In this document: in pieces, positions 1 to 7,983 of the stretch
Layout of the letters: each line of letters begins with the position of its first letter
Position numbering within the stretch: the stretch's first letter is position 1
Assembly: GCA_021814695.1 (NCBI GenBank)
Contig: JAKAHY010000006.1
Span: 49-64,048 of the forward strand
From: a bacterium
GTDB taxonomy: Bacteria > Patescibacteriota > Minisyncoccia > UBA6257 > JAGOQP01
Length of the DNA: 64,000 bases
Direction: 5' to 3'
The notes under the pieces: model-generated
Told to the model about the DNA's origin: nothing
What the model saw: the letters and a program-made list of their open reading frames with translations, nothing else
Database searches by the model: none
Program-made: the position numbers and the translations under genes

Positions 1-702
1 GCAAAGATACGGTATTTATATTGACCTCAATACAAAACTCCCCTTATCAGCCAATTATAAGGGGAGTTTTCTCATGAAAAATGCCCTCAGCGCCATTTTT
101 CATCAGCTTGCGATATTTCCGCCACATACCCAATCTTTGCGTCCGGCAGCCCAAAAAATCGACCCCTCACAAGCCATAAAATGGGTACTCGGTTTTTGGG
201 CTTATGCTTTTAGCAACTCAATATACATCAAAAGGATAAAATTTATTTGTGACTACTTGTGCGCAATCCTATATTGGATCGCTCACATCACTCAAATTCC
301 ACCTTGACAGACGACGATAGAAATAATTATACGTCCTCTATCAAGGTAGATTTGATATCGTACTAATAGAAATCTATACGTACGATATATGTTAGTAGGC
401 ATAACGTCTCTTCTCTCCACATTGTACGGGCTGGGGCGTACACGCCCCAGCCCTTGATAAAACAAGCACGCCTGTGCTTGTTCAACAAAAATTCAAGAGA
501 AAATTCTGTTTGATGATAATCGTAGCAAATAGAGTCTGAGTGGTAATGAATGCCGGAAATATAGGTTCCAGTTCTCTTTCTTTAGGGGAAGGAGCCTCGT
601 CGCAGCGCCTTCGGCGCCGCTCCTCGTACAAGATGGAATATGGGGGTACGGAGACGAATTATTTGTTTTTACTCCCATAATTTTTTGTTATATACTGTCT
701 GT

Positions 703-847
703 GTCGTCCCACAATTCAATCTCTTCAAAGGGTTTATTTTTACCGCAGTCCAATCGCGAGCAGTAAGGGGCAACTCGAAACCGCTCACGATTGGAACCCT
801 TTGAGCTAACAATTGTGGGACGACCGGGAGTAGGGTTGTCCCTTTTT
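703..847 (+). ncRNA. Putative structured leader/small RNA with alternative terminator
   Basis: TATACT at 691-696. Perfect 14-bp IR 703-716/811-824, 10-bp IR 725-734/795-804 and inner stem 750-761/783-794. A competing hairpin 817-825/834-842 is followed by a T-tract. Confidence 0.5.
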
Positions 848-853
848 GTTACT

Positions 854-1330
854 ATGATTTCTCCAAATAATCTTATAAAAGGTAGGATCGCTGAAAATAT
901 TGTGAGCGAAATGCTTCAAGAGGCGGGGTATTTTGTGTATCGTTTCGGATATGAAGGAGTTCTTCAGAGTCTTACACAGAAGGGGCTACCCAAAATGAAG
1001 CTAAATACTATTCCAGCTCAAAAAATAAGAACAATGCCAGATTTTATTGTTATGGATAAAGAAGGGAACGTTTTCTTTGTTGAGGTCAAATTCAGAAGCA
1101 ACGGAGAAAAAGACCCAATTTTCAAAGAGTGGCTAAAAAGGGCCGTGCGATATTGGCCAGAAGCTAAACTTCTGCTAGTTCATTTACATGAGCCGTATTT
1201 TCAAATCTCCACAATCTTGGATTATATGAAGTGTAATAAACTTTATCCTTTGGATCGTGACCGTTTTCTGTCAGTTGACAAGCAGTTTTTAGTGAAATAT
1301 TCCAAGCTTATCGGCAAATATATGTCTTAA
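854..1330 (+). CDS. PD-(D/E)XK family nuclease
   Basis: GRIAE...MPDF...FVEVK motif. ATG 854 preferred over the TTG at 791. Confidence 0.75.
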   Translation: MISPNNLIKGRIAENIVSEMLQEAGYFVYRFGYEGVLQSLTQKGLPKMKLNTIPAQKIRTMPDFIVMDKEGNVFFVEVKFRSNGEKDPIFKEWLKRAVRYWPEAKLLLVHLHEPYFQISTILDYMKCNKLYPLDRDRFLSVDKQFLVKYSKLIGKYMS

Positions 1331-1360
1331 ACATCCTGCAAAGTTATTCACTCTGTCCAG

Positions 1361-1388
1361 TTGACATATTATACGAAAGGTATAACAT
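1361..1388 (+). promoter_or_regulatory. sigma70-like promoter for the RT locus
   Basis: TTGACA 1361-1366 and TAACAT 1383-1388 with a 16-nt spacer, followed by boxA-like TCAGCACATTGAC. Confidence 0.55.
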
Positions 1389-1394
1389 GTAAGA

Positions 1395-1895
1395 GTCAGC
1401 ACATTGACACCGGTTAAAATCAAGTGGTTATTTATCCGTTTATTTAAGACGCTAAAACGTCTGAACTCCCCTTTATGTGTGGAAGGGAACAGTTCATGCA
1501 CCGGGCATGTATCTTCTTGTCCCATAGACTTTCTGTAGACGATCTAGGTCATATAAGCCGACTGGCTATGAGACTTAGTTTGCAGATAGCTGGTCCATAG
1601 AGATTGTGCACGATACAAGTGGTTATTTAACACCATTCTCGTGGTCGTTAAATTCCTGCGTAATGCTATTTTCGGAATCAATGACCACGGAGAAATGGCG
1701 GGTAACCACAATTTATTATTAAAGTCGTAAGTTTCCCTTACAACATATATGACAAATTCAATTACCACGTTTCGTTTCGGTTTTAGCTGGAGCATTACGC
1801 TTGTGGGGGCGATGAAAAATGTTAATTCGAATTTTACGAATAATCTACAAGATTCTTCGTATATTGTTCGACATCATCGAGTAGTCGCCCACTAA
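1395..1895 (+). ncRNA. RT-associated structured RNA (retron msr/msd-like or DRT-like)
   Basis: No long sense ORF. Hairpins at 1447-1462, 1462-1496, 1560-1595, 1619-1709 and 1803-1892. 10-bp IR 1658-1667/1791-1800. Directly upstream of HTH-RT. Confidence 0.65.
1819..1884 (+). CDS. Putative 21-aa amphipathic peptide MLIRILRIIYKILRILFDIIE
   Basis: ATG 1819, TAG 1882-1884, GGGGG SD-like run at 1805-1809, strict hydrophobic/charged periodicity. Confidence 0.55.
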   Translation: MLIRILRIIYKILRILFDIIE

Positions 1896-1901
1896 CCTCA
1901 C

Positions 1902-2249
1902 ATGCATACATTCACAGAATTATTAAAAAATATTAGGGAAGAAGGAGAGCTAACACAAGAAGAATTGGCGCGTGCAATAGGCGTTTCCACAATCTTAATA
2001 TCCATGGTTGAGAGTGGCCAAAAAGATGTGTCGAAAAATCTTGTAGTAAGGCTTGCGAAAGGACTCGACGTTCATCCCAGCTCAATCGCTCCCTTTGCAT
2101 TCATCGATAAGAGCTCCGAATTGAAAAAGACCACTGGCATAGAAAAAACGCTGGTGTCTTTGGGTGAAAGATTACAAGATCATTTAATCATGATCAAGTC
2201 AAAGAGATTAAAAAAATATGTTTCGCGCCCAGAGATATCCGCGAATTAA
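1902..2249 (+). CDS. XRE/Cro-CI helix-turn-helix protein
   Basis: LKNIREEGELTQEELARAIGVSTILISMVESG is a classic HTH_3 pattern. Overlaps the RT start by 32 nt. Confidence 0.9.
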   Translation: MHTFTELLKNIREEGELTQEELARAIGVSTILISMVESGQKDVSKNLVVRLAKGLDVHPSSIAPFAFIDKSSELKKTTGIEKTLVSLGERLQDHLIMIKSKRLKKYVSRPEISAN

Positions 2250-3189
2250 TATAAGGAGCAAGAATGAATTAGGGAAGCGCATTTCACCGAACAAACTACA
2301 ATTTCCTAAAACTCTCCAACTCATCAATGATGCATTGTCTAATTTTGATAAACAGTGGTACGACAGTGAACGCTCTGAGCCAGAGAAGGGAAAGTTTGTG
2401 CGAAGCGCTGTGGGAACTTCTCTTGGAAAATTACTTAAGCTTATAGACAGAAAGATTCTTGCTCCATACGATAGCTTAATACCGGATTTTATCTTTGGTG
2501 GTTTGTCTGGAAAAAGTCATATTCAGGCTGGCAGTTATTTATTGGGAAATAGACGCGAGAGAACATTGCTACGCCTAGATGTCTTTAGATTCTTTGAACA
2601 GATCCGGGAGCAAAGAGTTTTCAATTTCTTTTATGCGAAGTGCGGATGTAGTCAAAAAGCTGCTCGATTGATTTCTGGCCTTTGTTGCGTACCTTTGGGC
2701 CAAAAAGGATCTGGGTGTACTCAAAAAAGTTTGGCTCGTGGTTTTGCTACGTCGCCACGTCTCTCTATATGGTGCAACTTGGATATATTTTTAAGGTTGA
2801 GTTGGATGGTAAAGAAACAACTTCGTAACCATGATCCCAAAATTGCTGTTTATATTGATGATATCGGCATTACAGCTAGCCGGGTAAAAAAAGAACAAAT
2901 TGAAAAAGTGGCGCTACTCGCAGTGAAGATACTCACTGATTTTGATAGCAACCAATCACTCCCGATCAATCCTGAGAAAAAGGAAATTCTATCTGGTGCT
3001 GGCAAGATGAAACATCTCGGACTGAAATTGGGTAGAAATAAACTATCTATTGGAAATAAGGCGTTTTCTAAACTATTAGAAGTTAGACGTAAGTTAAAAA
3101 GCTCAGTATCGAAACGAGAGAGGTCGCGGCTAGTAAAGAAATACAAATCATACAAGAAATATAAACACCAGGTTATGAGGGCCAAATAG
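2218..3189 (+). CDS. Reverse transcriptase, atypical retron-like/unknown group
   Basis: LRLDVFRFFEQI (motif A), LARGFATSPRLS (motif B variant), VYIDDIGIT (YxDD) and HLGL. 323 aa with no maturase or endonuclease tail. Confidence 0.85.
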   Translation: MFRAQRYPRINIRSKNELGKRISPNKLQFPKTLQLINDALSNFDKQWYDSERSEPEKGKFVRSAVGTSLGKLLKLIDRKILAPYDSLIPDFIFGGLSGKSHIQAGSYLLGNRRERTLLRLDVFRFFEQIREQRVFNFFYAKCGCSQKAARLISGLCCVPLGQKGSGCTQKSLARGFATSPRLSIWCNLDIFLRLSWMVKKQLRNHDPKIAVYIDDIGITASRVKKEQIEKVALLAVKILTDFDSNQSLPINPEKKEILSGAGKMKHLGLKLGRNKLSIGNKAFSKLLEVRRKLKSSVSKRERSRLVKKYKSYKKYKHQVMRAK

Positions 3190-3246
3190 CCAATACTTCA
3201 TCACTACATATTATAATATTAATAAAAATAATTAGGATTATTGCTT

Positions 3247-4158
3247 ATGGCAAATAGTCATGATGCGAAATGGAAAAAGTTTGAGAAGGTTGTATATGAT
3301 ATACAAAAAGAATTAGCTCCTGATTCTGAAGTTAAGCTAGATGACGCTATCACAGGAGAAGACTCTAAGGTATCTCGCCAAATTGATATCAGCATCCGCC
3401 GCAATATAGGACAATACTCAATTCTGATTGTTATCGATTGTAAGGACTATGGTGTGCCGATCGACGTAAAAGATCTTGGTGAATTTGCTACTCTAGTCAA
3501 AGACGTAAGAGCTCACAAGGGCGCAATGATTTCTAGCAAGGGTTTTACGCCAGCCGCAGTAAGCTTGGCAAAAGCTCGTGGCATTGACACATTCACATTG
3601 ATAGATACTGAAAGCGTTGATTGGAAGGCATATGCCACAATTCCTGTATTATTGAGGAGTACTAATCTAAAAAGTTTTAGAGTAATATACAAAAACTTCC
3701 AAATTCTTCCTAGGGAGATTGTAGTCGCCGACCACAAGAAGCTGAAATTATATTCTCAGCAGCAAAAATTTATAGGCACCATTGGACGCTTAGTGCTTGA
3801 TAAATGGAATAATAAAGAAATAGAACATGCGTCTGGAGAGCACGAGGTTTTATTATCGGAAAATATTATGTTGGAAATAAATAGTCAGAAGTTTGGGCCG
3901 TTAGATGTAGCTGCTGTTGTATTGGTAGAGGAACACACTTATTTTAGCGATCTCCCGGTACACCTGAAAGGTTTTCATGATGCGCAAAAAGGTGGTGTAA
4001 TTACTAAATCGTTCGAAACGGACAAAATTTGGCCGGCAAAGATAGAGCAGGGATTAGTAGAGGGTTGGAGAGAGCTTAAGAATCCTACCGAACTATCGAT
4101 ACAACCACTTTTAGAATTCTATGTGTATGATTCCTATCCTAAAGAGGAGGTGGAGTAA
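3247..4158 (+). CDS. Mrr-like restriction endonuclease domain protein
   Basis: KFE...RQIDI...IDCKDY...MISSKGFTPAA is an Mrr_cat-type N-terminal domain. Confidence 0.75.
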   Translation: MANSHDAKWKKFEKVVYDIQKELAPDSEVKLDDAITGEDSKVSRQIDISIRRNIGQYSILIVIDCKDYGVPIDVKDLGEFATLVKDVRAHKGAMISSKGFTPAAVSLAKARGIDTFTLIDTESVDWKAYATIPVLLRSTNLKSFRVIYKNFQILPREIVVADHKKLKLYSQQQKFIGTIGRLVLDKWNNKEIEHASGEHEVLLSENIMLEINSQKFGPLDVAAVVLVEEHTYFSDLPVHLKGFHDAQKGGVITKSFETDKIWPAKIEQGLVEGWRELKNPTELSIQPLLEFYVYDSYPKEEVE

Positions 4159-4240
4159 AAAATGTAGATTATACTTTATAAATATGCTACGAAGGCATTA
4201 ATTTTCTTACCAACCCAACCATTTTTTGTAACAATTTTAT

Positions 4241-4723
4241 ATGAAATCAAACAATGATTTGGTAAAAGATATCAGAGATAAAATAGTATTCGTAACTGCA
4301 ATTGCAATTTTCTTTTTACCCTTCATGTATTCTGCATTCAGAGCTGTAGAAATGAATGATGCTAAATCGAATAGTGAGGTGCTTCCTTGGGGAGTCGGAA
4401 TTGCTTTTTATATACTCATTTACTTTTTTGTAGGTATGGTAAATGAAAAAACAAACACCCGCTGGCTCGATTGGATTAGGGGATTCATTGTTGCTGGCAC
4501 AATTGCCTTTGTTATACCCATATTTTGCGAAGCTCTCTACTATAACAAGCCACTTCCGGCATACATATATTGGCCCTTTTTGATTTCGATTGGAGCAATG
4601 GCATTATTGCCGCTCTTAACATTTATCTTGGTGCTAGGCTGTCTCTATTTGGAAATAATCCGCAATATTGTCTTAATAATGATTAAGAAAATTAAACACA
4701 AGAAAACAATCAGATTGCAGTAG
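4241..4723 (+). CDS. Hypothetical membrane protein (about 4 TM)
   Basis: Four hydrophobic segments. Confidence 0.6.
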   Translation: MKSNNDLVKDIRDKIVFVTAIAIFFLPFMYSAFRAVEMNDAKSNSEVLPWGVGIAFYILIYFFVGMVNEKTNTRWLDWIRGFIVAGTIAFVIPIFCEALYYNKPLPAYIYWPFLISIGAMALLPLLTFILVLGCLYLEIIRNIVLIMIKKIKHKKTIRLQ

Positions 4724-4902
4724 GTTGTTATAGGATTGAGACTTTGCATCTACCTGCGTGTTGCGTCCTTTTCATCAAAATAGGTTCTAATCTGTTCCAA
4801 TCCCTTCCGCAGTAAGAACTTTTTATCGGGAGACCCGAGTGATATCGACAAAGATGTGGTCTGTTCGCCTAAGCATTTCAAAAATATCTAAACACTTAGA
4901 AA

Positions 4903-5646
4903 ATGGAATTCAATCAAAACAACAACATTGTTAGACTTTGTCTTCGGGGGATAGGCATGGAACAGAAAGATAAACCAGAAGAAGCAAGCAGATTGTTTCT
5001 TCAGGCCTGGGATGAAGCGACAAACGATTTTGAAAAATTTATTTCAGCTAATTATATAGCCCGACATCAGAAAAATGCTTCCGACAAATTACAATGGCTC
5101 GAAACGGATTTACGGCTTGCATTAAAAATCAACGACGACACAGTAAAGAGTGCTTTTCCTCCTCTCTATTTAAATATCGCCAAATGCTATGAGGAGTTGG
5201 GCAATTTTGATAGAGCGAAAGAGAATTATGCATTGGCAACTTCGTTTAAGGACGAGCCCACAGATAAAGGCCCTTTTTATCACGGGACGAAAGCGGACTT
5301 GAAAGTTGGAGATTTGCTGGCGGCAGGAGGCGATTCTAATTACAAATCCGAAATCAAAATGAACCATATTTATTTTACCGCTCTTGTTCATGGGGCGGGA
5401 CTAGCCGCTTCGTTGGCAAAAGGCGATGGACGAGAACGTGTTTATATCGTTGAGCCAACAGGAGGTTTTGAAAATGATCCTAACGTTACAAACAACTACT
5501 TTCCCGGCAATCCGACGCGCTCGTATCGCTCTCAAGCGCCATTGAAAATCGTCGGCGAAGTAACCAATTGGATGAAAATTACACCCGAGGAACTCCAAAA
5601 ATGGCGGGAAAAGTTAGCTAACAATAAAGGAGAAATTATAAATTAA
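4903..5646 (+). CDS. arr: TPR-fused NAD(+)-rifampin ADP-ribosyltransferase
   Basis: C-terminal GPFYHGTKADL...NHIYFTA...VYIVEPTG.FENDPNVT...FPGNPTRSYRS Arr signature; helical TPR-like N-terminus. Confidence 0.85.
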   Translation: MEFNQNNNIVRLCLRGIGMEQKDKPEEASRLFLQAWDEATNDFEKFISANYIARHQKNASDKLQWLETDLRLALKINDDTVKSAFPPLYLNIAKCYEELGNFDRAKENYALATSFKDEPTDKGPFYHGTKADLKVGDLLAAGGDSNYKSEIKMNHIYFTALVHGAGLAASLAKGDGRERVYIVEPTGGFENDPNVTNNYFPGNPTRSYRSQAPLKIVGEVTNWMKITPEELQKWREKLANNKGEIIN

Positions 5647-5723
5647 TTTTTGAAATGCCATTGACCGAATCAGGATTCTAACCGAGATTTGAAACAAAAA
5701 TCCGCAAATAGCGGAATTTTTGT

Positions 5724-6304
5724 TTACCAGATAAAAGGAATCAGCGCTTTGGTCCTTTTTTTATATTCCGGATAAGCGTCGGGGAATTGTTCGGTCATTA
5801 TTTTTTCTTCAGCGGGTATTCTTATTAAAAAAATACAGTAGCAATCAAAAATAATATAAACCAGGGAACTCCAATAACCAGAGCTGTTCCAAAAGCCCCC
5901 AAAATCATTCCGGTATAAATCGGATGCCGGACGTATCGGTATGGACCGGAAGTTACCAGTTCGTGATCAATCTTGTGTGTCGGATAATTGCTCCAGTTTC
6001 TGCCCAAATGAATTCTGGACCAAACCGAAAATCCGAGTCCGGCAATAACTAAAATTACTCCGAATATTTCTATATATGTTATTTCACGCGAGGTGAATGA
6101 TTTTACCGCTTGTCCAAAAGACAACTTAGCTTTATCGTTAAATTCCAAAAGAGCAATTACTAAAATCGCGATAATTACTCGTATCCACCACCAATTTTTC
6201 CAGCTTGATTTATCGGCATTCTTTTTAACGTTAAAAGCGGATACCAACCAGAAGATAAGCCAAGCCAGCCACAGGATTCCGACTATCGGACCTAATATTT
6301 TCAT
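5724..6304 (-). pseudogene. Isoprenylcysteine carboxyl methyltransferase/PEMT family membrane protein, frameshifted
   Basis: LVTSGPYRYVRHPIYTG motif. Stop at 5825 follows a T7 run, and the family tail RIPAEEKIM...YPEYKKRTKALIPFIW continues in another frame to 5724. Confidence 0.75.
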
Positions 6305-6319
6305 AAATGTAATATATTT

Positions 6320-6670
6320 TTAAGCCACGCGGACAACAATAATCAGCGTTCCTATAACCACAAGCCCGAGCCACACTTTTGCGGCATATTTATCGAGGGT
6401 GTCTCCGCCTATCCACTGGAAAAGAGTTTTGTCGTCTCCATAGCGCTGATGGACCGCATTCAATGGGCATTCTCCCTTACTGAACAGAAGAATAATTCCT
6501 TCAACTCCGTGAGCGGTGATCGCCAGCCATGTCCAGAAGGTGGCTATTCCAAACAGCGCGGAATACCAGATGTAAGAAACGGCGGTAGTATAAAAAACTC
6601 CGATTACGGCATGGAGGGCCCTGAGTTTGTAAAACATCGGATGATTATTTTTGTCTTCATTCATATTCAC
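6320..6670 (-). CDS. Small membrane protein (GECPL motif)
   Basis: Three hydrophobic helices; co-oriented with the downstream gene. Confidence 0.6.
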   Translation of the reverse strand: MNMNEDKNNHPMFYKLRALHAVIGVFYTTAVSYIWYSALFGIATFWTWLAITAHGVEGIILLFSKGECPLNAVHQRYGDDKTLFQWIGGDTLDKYAAKVWLGLVVIGTLIIVVRVA

Positions 6671-6753
6671 AATTATAACTCTATTTTAAAAAAAGTTATA
6701 TTTGTCCCGATATTAATTATGGTGTGGTAATATAAATCAAAACCTATCAGTTT

Positions 6754-7518
6754 ATGTCCGACAACCAAGAATATTTCAATCAAATAAAGCAGGAGTGCAT
6801 CAACGAATGTAAAACACATTCTCTTAAGGAAGTAGCCGAAGGAATGTTTGCCACAGAAGAAGTGGCCGATTTATTTTTGAAACAGGAAAAAGAAGATGAG
6901 GCGTATTCTTTTATTATTGATTTGATCGGCAAATATTTTACCAGAGAGGCAGGGGGTAAGATATATATTCCCGGAAGCGGAACGGGAGGATTAGCGAGAA
7001 GAATTATGGATGATTATCCCAAGATGACGGTTATCCAGATTGATAGTAGCCCAAAGATGAGTGAGGCCAATAAAAAAGCATCTAAAAATTATAAGAACAC
7101 CGATATTTTGCAGGGCGACATCCTTAATTTAAAGCAAAGTCCCAAATCCGTAAGTGCCATAATTTCCTACGGAGTAATGCGATATATTCCGGAAGATAAA
7201 AGAAATAATTTAGTGTCTTCGTGGGCCTTAGCTCTGGTAAAAAATGGGATAGTTATAGTAGGCGAGGGAATAGCAAAAGACGTTATCGATGGGATAAGCT
7301 CTCAGGGATATGCTTCCGAGAAACTCTTTGAAAGAGACGCCAAACTTTTCAGAAATTCTTTATTTTATACGTTATTAAAACGTTATCATTCGGACAATAA
7401 ATTCAGAGGCATCGTGAATGGTGAAGCGTCTGATAATAACCTGAGTTTTGCGGATGTTTTAAATAAAATAGCCGGATATGCTCATGGAAAAATTTATGTG
7501 AAGGTTTTACAAAAGTGA
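6754..7518 (+). CDS. Class I SAM-dependent methyltransferase
   Basis: IYIPGSGTGG motif I, IDSSPKM and QGDI. Confidence 0.75.
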   Translation: MSDNQEYFNQIKQECINECKTHSLKEVAEGMFATEEVADLFLKQEKEDEAYSFIIDLIGKYFTREAGGKIYIPGSGTGGLARRIMDDYPKMTVIQIDSSPKMSEANKKASKNYKNTDILQGDILNLKQSPKSVSAIISYGVMRYIPEDKRNNLVSSWALALVKNGIVIVGEGIAKDVIDGISSQGYASEKLFERDAKLFRNSLFYTLLKRYHSDNKFRGIVNGEASDNNLSFADVLNKIAGYAHGKIYVKVLQK

Positions 7519-7983
7519 CCGTCGTCTTTAGTCGGAATTTTGAAACGGTAAAATTCGCCCGAAAAAAAGGGACGCCGGATGGCGCCCTGAGTGGGAGAGT
7601 GTTCGAGTGCTGATTCGACTTGTTTCGCCTCGGCCGTCGCCTTGCTCTAGAGGATGATCACCTTCTTCATTTCTTGCCTCCTTTCCAGGCCCGAACAAGT
7701 GCTCGCGTCCGCCGTACGCGGTCGCCTATTCATATTAATACAATCGATATTTATTTTCAATAAAAAAAGAGAGACGGCCACGTGGGACGTCTCGGTGTAC
7801 TGGGATGGGGCAAAGCCCCGAAAAACGAAACAAGGTGCTGTATATTCGAGAAAGCTCTCGATTGCAGCGCATGGACTAGCCTAAGCGCTTCATAAATCTA
7901 GTATAGCACATATTTTGATTTTGCTGTGGATAACTCGGAGAGGTTGCCAGACCTCGGATTTTCTGATATTCTAAGAACCAATT

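Noticed and set aside
74-678. Short ORFs 74-307 (+) and 493-678 (-)
   Set aside because: No motifs or SD, and they overlap palindromic non-coding structure.
1812-1895. 27-aa ORF MKNVNSNFTNNLQDSSYIVRHHRVVAH overlapping the peptide ORF
   Set aside because: The ATG is only 2 nt from the G-run and the product has no recognisable pattern. The 1819 frame has better SD spacing and a clear amphipathic pattern. Not fully excluded.
2218-3189. Group II intron or DGR identity for the left RT
   Set aside because: No maturase X/endonuclease region, no domain V/VI-like end after the gene, and no IGNLTSQ-type DGR motif.
4730-5700. Integron cassette with attC around arr
   Set aside because: No convincing RYYYAAC...GTTRRRY attC pair and no integrase in the window.
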